A stretch of DNA of 64,000 nt from Atractiella rhizophila. Taxonomy: Eukaryota. Under the pieces are notes generated by a model. That model saw only the letters and a program-made list of their open reading frames with translations, was not told the origin of the DNA and did not search any database. The translations under genes were made by a program, and so were the position numbers. Below, piece after piece: positions 24,704-36,846 of this stretch; position 1 is the stretch's first letter, and every line of letters begins with the position of its first letter. The stretch spans positions 1 to 64,000 of the forward strand of contig MU271365.1 in assembly GCA_021432655.1 (NCBI GenBank), written 5' to 3'.

Positions 24704-27700
24704 ATGGAGTGGTCCACGCAGTTCACCTTTCCCTTCTTTCCAGCTACTATTCCACAGCTTCAGCACCTCGACACCAACTCATCAACAAAGACAGATGGAT
24801 TTGGACCCATCTCATCCGAACGAACGACCGATTTCACAGTCCAATTTGAAGGGCTCTTGCTCGCCTTGCCTTTCGTCCTGCTCCTCCTCGCACTTCCCTT
24901 CTTCCCGCTCGTGGGCAAGTCAGCCAGGAAGACAGCGTATGATGCCCTGCGCGAATATAGGATACAAAGGGAGGTGGAGGCGCAGGCGAAGGTCGATTAT
25001 ATGGGCGGGAACGTGAAAGTGTTCCCTGTTGCGTCGAAAGGTTACTCTCAGGAGCTTCGTAGTGACTCTCAGGATGGAATGAGGAAGAAGCATGTCGCTC
25101 GGTCGAAGTGGAGGAAGACCCCTCTCCTCCTTCTCAAACTCATCTCCCTTCTCGCCTCTGCGGCCCTCGCTCTCCTCCTCACCACTCCGTTCGATGAAAG
25201 CGTGGAAAAGTCAACCAGCATAGGTTATGCTTTCTCTGCCGCTGCTTTGATATTGTGCGTCTGGCCCAGCGTGAAGATGCACCATTGGACTTGGGAGCCA
25301 GTCACTACCGTGTGTTCTACCCTTCTGTTACCCAAAATCAATTTATCCACTGACAATAATGGTTGATTTCAGCTCCAACTCTTCGCCTACGCTCAAACAT
25401 TCGTCCTTGCCGTCTCAGCGCGCACGACATGGACTATCTATGGCTCTTGCGCTCGTTCCATACTCGCAATTGTGCTCACAGTCTCCGTAGCCTTTTATTC
25501 TTACCTCGAAGGGATCGCTCGGGTTTCTCTGGCCGAAGCGAAGGCGGTATGTCTTCTTCCTTCCTGCGTAAATAGTTTTATAAGATGTGAATAGAACGGT
25601 ATTTCGCGCACGACCATCTCACCTTTACTCTCCCGCCTTTCATTCCACTATGTCCAACCCATCTTCTCCTACGGCTGGCGTCAACATCGAGCAAAGCAAG
25701 AGTTCTCCGAAGAGCGTCTCTGGGAATTAGACTATACGCTCTGCTCTGAGAGCGTAGACGAAGCGTGGGACCGATTGTGGAACTCTCTGCCAGAGGAGAA
25801 GAGGAACATATGGCGGATGATTTACCGTCTCTACTTCTGGCGTCTCCTACCTTCAGCCCTCATAGCCACTGCTGGAAACCTCATCCCTTTCGCTAACCCT
25901 CCGCTCTTGAACGCCTTCCTTGATTATTTGGCGAGAGCAAAGTTCGGAATCGAAGGAGGAGAAAGTAGTAGAGGTTGGCTCCTAGCACTCGGATTTGGTG
26001 CCCTTGTCATACTTCAGACATGCGCTACACAGTGCGTGCTTCTTTGAAGTTGTACGGTCTCGACGGTTGATGTGTTGCCCATGGATTAACAGTGCATCGA
26101 TCGCGTTCATGATGCCAGGTCTGATACAGATGAGGGTATGCGTTCCTTTTCCCGTTGGATCAAAGGGAATGCTGATTGAATGCATGTTAGACGGCAATCC
26201 AATGTGCCGTTTATAAGAAAAGTTTCCGCCTTTCGCCCGAAGAATGGGGGAAGAGGAGCGTGGGTGATTTGGTGAATCATATTGGTCCGTCCCATTCCCT
26301 TCCAAAGGACTTAACGTTCGACTTACCGGAATAAACAGCCGTGGATGCAGAAAAGTTTATTGATGGTGCATATCAAGTATGGATCTGAAAGAAATTCATA
26401 GCTGATGCATCCGTTCGCAGAATGGGGCTCGCACGTCGGAACACTCATCTCAATTCCCGCTCAAGTCGCACTCGGATACTATCTCGTCTACCAGCAGCTT
26501 GGATTGGTGCCCATGTTTGCTGGGTTTGGATTCATGGTTGGGAGTCTGTTCATCATGCCTGTTCGTTCATTCCTTTTATGTTCTTCTGGCCTTCACGCTC
26601 ACGCTTTCCTCACCTTCTTGATACGGTAGATCTTCGCTGCAGGGATCGGAAAGGCGTTCACTTTGCTCATGGGTAAGTCAGACGAGATGAACAAGGTCTG
26701 TTTGCCTCTATTGGCATTGTGCCAGGTTTGATGAAGAGGCTAGATAATTCAAGAGTCGATTAACGGAATTCAAGCTATCAAGGTCCGTGTCCTCTTCTCC
26801 TTACAACCACTGTACTCGGAGCTGTTGATACTAACTATGACGGATAGTTCAATGCTTGGGAGGTTCCAATGATGGCCAAGATCCTCAAATTGCGAGCTGA
26901 ACAACTCAAGGCTTATCCTTTGCTCGCTAACTCACTTTCGGCTGTCATTACCTTGAGCAACACGGTCCGCATCGTCCTGTCTCGCGCGCAACATTTCCGT
27001 GCTGATACAGTGGATAGAGCACTACCATAGCGCTCATCATTGTTCTCGCAGTGTACAATTCGAGAAATGGAGCCCTTGACCCAGCAAAGGTCTTTGTTTC
27101 ACTCACGGCATTGCAATTGGCCCAGGCTTCCTTCGGTCTGTCTTCCCCCATCGATGTAGATGACAAATTGATTGTCTCGTCTCTTAACTTGCAGATAATC
27201 TCTCCTTCCTCTTGCAATGGTTTTTCGCCTTTCTCGCGGCAGCCTCCAGGGTAAATAATTACCTGAAAGCTGAAGAACTAGTTAATCCGCTCTCCAATCT
27301 CCCAGAGGGTTCCTTGTCTTCAGAAGGCAAGGAAGGCTTGGCAGAAAAACTGCCTGGATTTGACGGTGCCTGGTTCAGCTGGCAAAAAGAGAAAGAAGAG
27401 AAGGACGCAATAAAGGAGGAGAAGAAGGAGACAGAGGAAGGGGCTCAGCAGAATGGAAATGGGAACGGCTTCGAGTTGAAGGATGTCACTCTCAATTTGG
27501 AGCCAGGGGAGCTTTTAGGTGTAGTCGGAAGGATTGCCAGTGGTATGTTCCTCGCTTTTCTTCGGACAATGATTGTATTAATGAACATGTTATATGAAGG
27601 CAAAAGCTCCCTCGTCTCTGCTCTCTTGGGACACATGTACTTCCTTGATCGTGGAACGTATCGGCTCTCTTCTCAACCAATTGGGTATTGTCCTCAGGTA

Positions 27701-30700
27701 GCAGCGTCCGGAACCTTTCGTGTAAGTTGAACTGAGAACTGTGGTTAGGTTCCCTTCATCATTTCCGCAAGCATACAATCGAATATCACTTTTGGCCTCC
27801 AACTCGATTCCGCTATCCTCGATAAAGTCGTACACGCCTGTTGCCTCGAAACAGACCTCGCGATCATTCCCGGAGGGCTCGCCGCTGAAGTGGGGGAAAG
27901 AGGTCTCAATCTTTCGGGCGGTCAGAAAGCCAGACTCGGGCTAGCAAGGGTTTGTTATGCTGCCCTCAAGGGGATGTACAAGCTTGTGATCCTGGATGAT
28001 GTCCTTGGTAGGTTGCCCCTACTTTGTTGGCGTCCAGGGACTTGTATTGACATTAAAGACAGCTGCTGTGGACGCTGATACGGACCAAAAGGTTTGTCTT
28101 CTTTTGATGACAAGAACCTGCTAATAGAAGAAATGTCAGATCTTTAGTCGCGTGATCTGCGGTCCAAATGCTCTGTTACAATCTCAGGGATGCACACGAA
28201 TCCTCATTACACATGCAGCACACCATTATCCTTCCTTCGACCGCTGTATCCTTATGAAAGAAGGCTCAATTCTCTACGAAGGGACCCATTCCGAACTACT
28301 CGCCAAGCCGGAGTATGTTGAGTTATTGGCAGCCAACGCATCAGTTGAAAGACAGGAGAAAGCTCAAGCGGAGGCGAGGGAGATCTTGAAGCAGGACCCT
28401 GATGCCCTTGAAAGCTATTTGACACAAGATGAGTCGATGGCACTCGGGAGGATTGGATTCGTCACTTATAAGACCTATATTTCTTACGGGTGGGTCCATG
28501 ATCTACTAATGGAGGCAAAGGAATAACGAATGGGCTTTTAGTGGGCCGAAGATGCTAGGCATTGCTTTCATCTTCTTTGTTGCTTCATCAGGGGCTATAA
28601 GCGGTGGTAAGCGGTATGCCTAATTAGAACGCTTTGCAAATTGTGAATAGGATCATTCTGGTTGTCCGAATATCTTAATCATACCGACACCGCCACCCAT
28701 TCTGTTAGCTATTACCTAGGAATCCTTGGAGTTATAGACGCTGTTGCCATCCTTCTCTCTCCACCAGGTTCGTTGTCCTTCTAGAAAATGGCTCTTTCTG
28801 ACCATTCCTTTATAGCTATGCAGTTCTTGATACGAGGATTCATAGCACCCGCAATCAAAAAACTCTTCGAGACTGTCCTCCCCAAAGTATTTTATGCTCC
28901 TCAGTTCGTTTTTCTTGACACATCAATTTCTGCTAATCAGTCCCCAGGTTTATTTTTGACACCATAGTACGTTTTCAACTACTTCCATCCCGCACAAGTT
29001 AATTACCGGTGGCAGCCGTCTAGCAGAATGCTCACGCGTTTGAGGTCAGCTCAGAATTTTTCTAAGGTCTATAGCGCTCATCAGTGGACTCACAATCTAG
29101 TAACGACCAAAAATCGATTGATCAAGATCTCTCGTTTTTAATCATGGGTTTTCTTATATTGATCAGCCACATTGTCGTCACCTTTGTGAGTACTTTTAAC
29201 CTCATGTCTCCGGACATTGCTTATGAAGTTGGAGGTTTCGACGGGAATCAGTAGCCACGGCTTAGTCTTCGCAATTCTCCCAGTTCTTGTTCCACTCTAC
29301 CTGTGCGTTGATCAATCGGCCACCGCTGTATTTTGATTTCGTCATTCAGCTTCTTCCTCGTTTATTGCCAATCTGCTTCCAGGTCTATTCGAAGGTAAGC
29401 CGCGTCTTATTATTTCTGGAAATGTTCCAACGTGCGTCAAGGTTAGATAGTGGACGGACACGAGGTCGGTTTCCCTTTGATATCAGGTGGTTTTCAGCTC
29501 ATTACCTTAGCCCCACTCTATGCCCTTTCTTCTGAAACCTTCAATGGCATCTCAAGTATTCAAAGCAATAAAGGGGAGGAGAGGTATCTATGCGAGTTCC
29601 ATGGCAGGGTGAATCGCAATCAGCGGGCGAAATACATGCAGGTAGCTGCTGTGGGGTACATGTAAGGACATCTCTCCTCCCACCTGGGATGCTCATCGCT
29701 CTCCAATAGGTTCTTCCGGCTAGACATATTGAGTGCAGTGATCACTTTCGCGGGGGCTGCGTTCAACGTTCTCCTTCGAGATTCCATCTCCTTGGCTTAT
29801 GCCGGTATGATTGTATGCTGGCAAAGTCGAAAATGTTAAAAGAGCGACAGGTATTACGATGTCGGGTCTAATCGTAATCTCAAAGCTACTAGGGGCTTTA
29901 GCTTTGATTATGACACAGGTTAGCTTTGGATTATCTCTTTGATATTTTTTCACGCCGCATTCCAGCTTGAGACTGAAGCCGTCCACCTTGAACGGGCATT
30001 TGAGCAGCTTCGATTGCCAAGCGAAGCCCCTCCTGTAATGCCTTTGGATGCTACTTTGCCAGAAAACTGGCCCCCGGCTGGATCCATTGAGTTCAAAGGG
30101 TTTTCCGCGAGATAGTATGATTCCCAAGTGTTCTTAGACGCCGAGCAGGGTTAACCTTTGATCCAGCCGGCCTTCTTTGCCTCTAGTCCTCCAAGATATC
30201 TCGTTCAAGATTGAATCCGGACAGAGGGTTGCAATCGTAGGGAGAAGGTTCGTTAATCAGATTTGCTGTTTGACGCGCTGTTCATGCTCGTAAACAGTGG
30301 TTCTGGAAAGTCGTCAGTAGTGTCCAATGCTTAAATGCGCTGTACATTAAGCAGGCGACCAGCACTCTCACTTTGTCCCTTTTTCGGTTCATGGAAGCTG
30401 CCAACACATGCAGCACACCATTATCCTTCCTTCGACCGCTGTATCCTTATGAAAGAAGGTTCAATTCTCTACGAAGGGACCCATTCCGAACTACTCTCCA
30501 AGCCGGAGTATGTCGAGTTATTAGCAGCCAACGCATCAGTTGAAAGACAGGAGAAAGCTCAAGCGGAGGCGAGGGAGATCTTGAAGCAGGACCCTGATGC
30601 ACTTGACAGCTATTTGACACAAGATGAGTCGATGGCACTCGGGAGGATTGGATTCGTCACTTATAAGACCTATATTTCTTACGGGTGGGTCCATGATCTA

Positions 30701-33448
30701 CTAATGGAGGCAAAGGAATAACGAATGGGCTTTTAGTGGGCCGAAGATGCTAGGCATTGCTTTCATCTTCTTTGTTGCTTCATCAGGGGCTATAAGCGGT
30801 GGTAAGCGGTATGCCTAATTAGAACGCTTTGCAAATTGCGAATAGGATCATTCTGGTTGTCCGAATATCTTAATCATACCGACACCGCCACCCATTCTGT
30901 TAGCTATTACCTAGGAATCCTTGGAGTTATAGACGCTGTTGCCATCCTTCTCTCTCCACCAGGTTCGTTGTCCTTCTAGAAAATGGCTCTTTCTGACCAT
31001 TCCTTTATAGCTATGCAGTTCTTGATACGAGGATTCATAGCACCCGCAATCAAAAAACTCTTCGAGACTGTCCTCCCCAAAGTATTTTATGCTCCTCAGT
31101 TCGTTTTCCTTGACACGTCAATGTCTGCTAATCAGTCCCCAGGTTTATTTTTGACACCATAGTACGTTTTCAACTACTTCCATCCCGCACAAGTTGATTA
31201 CCAGTGGCAGCCGTCTAGCAGAATGCTCACGCGTTTGAGGTCAGCTCAAAGTTTTGTCTAAGGTCTATAGCGCTCACCAGTGGACTCACAATCTAGTAAC
31301 GACCAAAAATCGATTGATCAAGATCTCTCGTTTTTAATCATGGGTTTTCTTATATTGATCAGCCACATTGTCGTCACCTTTGTGAGTACTTTTAACTCAT
31401 ATCTCCGGACATTGCTTATGAAGTTGGAGGTTTCGACGGGAATCAGTAGCCACGGCTTAGTCTTCGCAATTCTCCCAGTTCTTGTTCCACTCTACCTGTG
31501 CGTTGATCAATCGGCCTCCGCTGTATTTTGATTTCGTCATTCAGCTTCTTCCTCGTTTATTGCCAATCTGCTTCCAGGTCTATTCGAAGGTAAGCTGCGT
31601 CTTATTATTTCTGGAAATGTTCCAACGTGCGTCAAGGTTAGATAGTGGACGGACACGAGGTCGGTTTCCCTTTGATATCAGGTGGTTTTCAGCTCATTAC
31701 CTTAGCCCCACTCTATGCCCTTTCTTCTGAAACCTTCAATGGTATCTCAAGTATTCAAAGCAATAAAGGGGAGGAGAGGTATCTATGCGAGTTCCATGGC
31801 AGGGTGAATCGCAATCAGCGGGCGAAATACATGCAGGTAGCTGCTGTGGGGTACATGTAAGGATCTTTGAATCGGAGCCCTCAGCTTTCTCTGAATATCT
31901 CTCCTCCCACCTGGGATGCTCATCGCTCTGCAATAGGTTCTTCCGGTTAGACATATTGAGTGCAGTGATCACTTTCGCGGGGGCTGCGTTCAACGTTCTC
32001 CTTCGAGATTCCATCTCCTTGGCTTATGCCGGTATGATTGTATGCTGGCAAAGTCGAAAATGTTAAAAGAGCGACAGGTATTACGATGTCGGGTCTAATC
32101 GTGATCTCAAAGCTACTAGGGGCTTTAGCTTTGATTATGACACAGGTTAGCTTTGGATTATCTCTTTGATATTTTTTCACGCCGCATTCCAGCTTGAGAC
32201 TGAAGCCGTCCACCTTGAACGGGCATTTGAGCAGCTTCGATTGCCAAGCGAAGCCCCTCCTGTAATGCCTATGGATGCTACTTTGCCGGAAAACTGGCCC
32301 CCGGCTGGATCCATTGAGTTCAAAGGGTTTTCCGCGAGATAGTATGATTCCCAACTGTTCTTAGACGCCGAGCAGGGTTAACCTTTGATCCAGCCGGCCT
32401 TCTTTGCCTCTAGTCCTCCAAGATATCTCGTTCAAGATTGAATCCGGACAGAGGGTTGCAATCGTAGGGAGAAGGTTCGTTAATCAGATTTGCTGTTTGA
32501 CGCGCTGTTCATGCTCGTAAACAGTGGTTCTGGAAAGTCGTCAGTAGTGTCCAATGATTAAATGCGCTGTACATTAAGCAGGCGACCAGCACTCTCACTT
32601 TGTCCCTTTTTCGGTTCATGGAAGCTGCCGAGGGGTCAATTCTTATTGATGGCGTATCAATCGCCGACCTTGGCTTAACAAAGTTGCGGAGCTCGATCAA
32701 TATCGTTCCTCAAACTGCAATGCTTTTCGGTGGAACTATTCGTAGCGTATGTTGCTCTTCTCTCAAATTTCCTTCAAGATGAGCTCGGATTTCACTCTCA
32801 TCGATTAGAACCTTTCTCCCGTAGCAGACCGCACGGACGACGAGCTGTGGGCCGCTCTCGAGTTGGCGGGGTTAAAGGAGTACGTGGGAAATCTTGAAAA
32901 GAAACTAGACGAGGATGTCCAAGTGGGAGGTAAGAACTTCAGTGCTGGACAGTTACAACAATTAGCTTGTGGTAAGTTTGGCGTATTCTCGGATAAGGAT
33001 TCTGTGACAGACAGACTTGCCAGCTCGAGCAACTCTCCACAAGGCGAAAGTGTTAATTCTTGACGAAGTAAGCAAGCTTCATAAACTAGCGTCATCCCAA
33101 CTCATCGCTGGCCAGGCAACCTCTAATCTGGACAGAGTCTCGGATCAGGTCGTACAGGAGGTGGTCAGAAACCATTTCAAAGATACCACAATCCTCACCA
33201 TTGCCCATAGGCAAGTTGTTTGAGTCTTCAACGTTCATTCTTACTAAAACTCCTTACAGAATTAGGACGATCTTGGATTACGACATAGTGTGTTCTTCCT
33301 TCGTTAGTCGCACATCATTCTGACTTTCTTGGTCGAGATTGTCGTGCTCGACAAAGGACAGCTTGTGGAATTCGGATCGCCAAAGGTGCTACTTGAGAAT
33401 GAGAATGGGTACTTCCATAATCTGGCAAAGGAAGCTGGTGAGATATAG
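24704..33448 (+). CDS. ABCC/MRP-type ABC transporter, many small exons, with internal 2.2-kb duplication
   Basis: NBD1 GRIASGKSS / VGERGLNLSGGQKARL / ILDD; RRLDSGRTRAPLY; NBD2 GRSGSGKSS / NFSAGQLQ / ILDEATS / ILTIAHR; stop TAG at 33446-33448. Confidence 0.9.
28209..32629 (+). repeat. Tandem duplication: copy 1 28209-30402, copy 2 30404-32629
   Basis: Near-identical copies with scattered SNPs; an intron in copy 2 is 32 nt longer (about 31864-31896); one extra A at the junction. Confidence 0.97.
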
Positions 33449-33537
33449 TAAACATGCTAGGTTCATATCGCGCAGTACATGTACCATAATAGATTGGCAT
33501 CATACCTCTGATACAGAGTTTGCTATCTCCGCGACCA

Positions 33538-36518
33538 CTATTCTTGAACAATCGAACCTGAAGGACCGATGAGGCGGAGCTTGTATTCATTGCCTGCAGC
33601 CAAAATCGGAGCAGTTGGAGTTCCTCGAAACATATCTCCTTCGTACAGCAAATGAAGGACCGGAGCGAATTGCTTTGTGATGCCAAGCTGTCCAACGACG
33701 ACATGAGCACCTCCTACGCTCAGGACAACCCCTAGCATTTCGAGTTGAAGATCCGCCGCTTTAGTATTCTCCAAAGTCAGACTTGAACGAACCCATCCAT
33801 TCGATAGTCTTTCCGGTGTGGATATGCTGACTGTTCCTGAAAAGTTTTCCAACACGCTTCCCTGCTCTTTCACAAATCCATCGTTCGTATTGCCAGCAGC
33901 AAAACGAAGGTAGGCACCGGGAAGTTCGTGGTCCAGGTTCGCCTGGTAAACGAAATAAACAGCCCATACTTCTCCTGATCGTAATTTAGAAGCGAGAGAG
34001 AACAACGGGACGAGGTGCAGGCCATTGAATGTGGGAGATTTGAGTGCGATTTGAAGTCCCCCGGAACCCAACCACCCTTCAGGAGCAGGTAACTTGTGAT
34101 CAACCGTCTCTATTTTGGAATCAGGTACAGACGTTGTAAATTGTGAAGGTGGTTGGAAGAGGAGGTCAGGAAGAGGGAAGCACATTGTCGGGTCGGTCCA
34201 TCCCTCCTCATCGTTAAGTACATTCTTCCCTTCAACGAAAAACTTGGTCGAGGATCCAAAGGAGAAATTAGTATAGAAGATAATCCCGTTGGAGTACGAA
34301 GGAGGAGGCTTCGTAGCGATAAGGTCTACTATCGGTTGACCTTCGTACAGCAAATGAAGGACCGGAGCGAATTGCTTTGTGATGCTAAGCTGTCCAACGA
34401 CGACATGAGCACCTCCTACGCTCAAGACAACCCCTAGCATTTCGAGTTGAAGATCCGCCGCTTTAGTATTCTCCAAAGTCAGACTTGAACGAACCCATCC
34501 ATTAGACAGTCTTTCCGGTGTGGATATGCTGACTGTTCCTGAAAAGTTTTCCAACACGCTTCCCTGCTCTTTCACAAATCCATCGTTCGTATTCCCAGCA
34601 GCAAAACGAAGGTAGGCACCGGGAAGTTCGTGGCCCAGGTTCACCTGGTAAACGAAATAACAGCCCATGCTTCTCCTGATCGTAATTTAGAAGCGAGAGA
34701 GAACAACGGGATGAGGTGCTGGCCATTGAATGTGGGAGATTTGAGTGCGATTTGAAGTCCCCCGGAACCCAACCACCCTTCAGGAGCAGGTAACATGTGA
34801 TCAACCGTCTCTATTTTGCAATGAGGTACAGACGTTGTAAATTGTGAAGGTGGTTGGAAGAGGAGGTCAGGAAGAGGGAAGCACATTGTCGGGTCGGTCC
34901 ATCCCTCCTCGTCGTTAAGTACATTCTTCCCTTCAACGAAAAATTTGGTCGAGGATCCAAAGGAGAAATTAGTATAGAAGATAATCCCGTTGGAGTACGA
35001 AGGAGGAGGCTTCGTAGCGATAAGGTCTACTATCGGTTGAAACGAGTGAATGTCATTATCTCGATAATCGGGTATCGTCAAAGGGGGTAACCGGCCTAGT
35101 TCACTCTGCCTGGTGCTCAAAGCGGCAATATTTATGACGCGGTGTTCTTGCAAAGTCTTTTTCTCTGTAACGTATCTTGCTTCCACAAAGCGGTGCAAGG
35201 AGTCTTTCTGGCCTTCTAAAAACTTGCCCTCCCAGCCATGCCAGAGGAAATAGTCGTCTTTGAAAAACGCCTGCCATTCGTTATCCGAACCAGAAATATT
35301 ATGCTTTAAAACATCAGACTCAGATGTCCATCCTGGAGCAAAAAGTGCGATGGACAAACGACTATCGATGCTGAGGATTTTTTTGATAGCTTGACCGGTG
35401 TTGAAACCTCCACCAGCGAAGACCCCACGACCAAAACAATCAATGCCAACGAAAACAGGCTTGTTGTAACTCGTAAGATCGGTGCCCTTTGAATGAAACT
35501 GTTCCATGGAAGGTGAAGAAGAGGTAAGGTCACTGCTTGGCGCGCTTGAAGATCTCTCATCCAAAGCAGCAGGTGCACTCTGCTCCAATTCTTGTACCGC
35601 GGTGGATGTACTCTTCAATGAAGCTTCCGTCCAGTGATAATTAAGAAAAATGGCATCCGAAGCTTCGTAGAACAGGGTATTACTGGAATTCACAGCATTC
35701 TGCCACGCTAAACGTCCCTCTTTAGTGACGGAGTCGTACCACATCACACAGGAATGTTCCCCAATCTTCTCCTTCATACGCACGCGAAACAAGTCCAACC
35801 ATTTGGCCAAAAGGCAGGCATGGGAGTACGAGAAAGCGAGATAGGTATCAGAAGAATTCGGACGCCTTCGAATGGCGCCAGTGGGTAGCTCGACGTTTAC
35901 TAGCCAACCAGTGAACCCTCGTTGAGCAGCGATTGACACAAGCTTGTCGATATAATGTTCGGATGGTTGTTTACCAGTGAAAGGGTCATCGAAAGTTTCG
36001 TTTCCGTTGGGAAGATAGGCCGCTGGTCCGAGAACAAGACGGAACAGGTCTGCTCGCGCCTCCTCCCATTCGAGGATGAGCGTGCCGAACATTTGCACGC
36101 CGTTTCGGTGGGCTGCAATAAGCCAAGACGGAGGGGGGATTGTAATACGGTGATGCGAGAAGCTATCAATCCATCAGGGAATTGTTTCTTTCAGAAGACG
36201 GATCACTTTACTAGATGAAGGCATCGATCAGGTGCCAATACTGAAAGACATACTCCCTCTTCTTCTGACCTTCGTAGTAACCGCCTTTTAACAAGATATC
36301 TCAGCGTGGATGTAAACGACTAGCAATGGAGGCAAACCTTTGTAATCGTGGCAAACGAGTATCTTGGGGCCATTTCTTTTCGCTCGAGGTGCGAATGGTA
36401 AATGCGTGGGAATAGTGTTTTGCACACAGTCTGCCCAAGAAGCGTCTAGATCCGCCAGAGAGTCAAAATAATCCCTCCTTAAACTGTGTTGATGTACCGT
36501 AGACGGGGTAGGAGGCAT
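33538..36518 (-). CDS. Endo-beta-N-acetylglucosaminidase (GH85), with internal duplication and frameshift
   Basis: ILVCHDYKG|GY, YFSHHRIT..AAHRNGV..GTLILEW, catalytic GWLVNVE, WYDSVT..GRLAWQN, IFLNYHW, VFVGIDCFGRG, SIALFAPGW. Confidence 0.92.
33638..35040 (-). repeat. Tandem duplication: 33638-34339 (702 nt) and 34340-35040 (701 nt)
   Basis: Near-identical copies; 1-nt difference GAAATAAACAG vs GAAATAACAG near 34660. Confidence 0.97.
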
Positions 36519-36846
36519 TGTTCACGCTTTCCTTGACCCATTGATTGATTTGATGGAAGATCCAAAATCAACGAAGCACGTGCCTTAGTTGTACAATCGA
36601 GGTTTATTCAGGTTTATTCACTTTCCCTTTCTTTCATTCTTTTATTATGATGGCAAAAGAGAGCAGTAGATAAAGATGGCATGCTTATTTATCCCACGCT
36701 AATTATCGCGCGGGCTTGAAGGAAGCAATATGTTTCCTTTGCTGAAGTTTATATGCAGCTTCTCGTATTGTATTCTTATTCTTGGAATTGTTTGTTATGG
36801 ATAGAGGTATTACGCTGTCGTTGAGAATCAGAAAGATGAAGGAGGG

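Noticed and set aside
36601..36620. GGTTTATTCA twice in tandem
   Set aside because: Trivial 10-bp slippage duplication in a 3' UTR or intergenic region.
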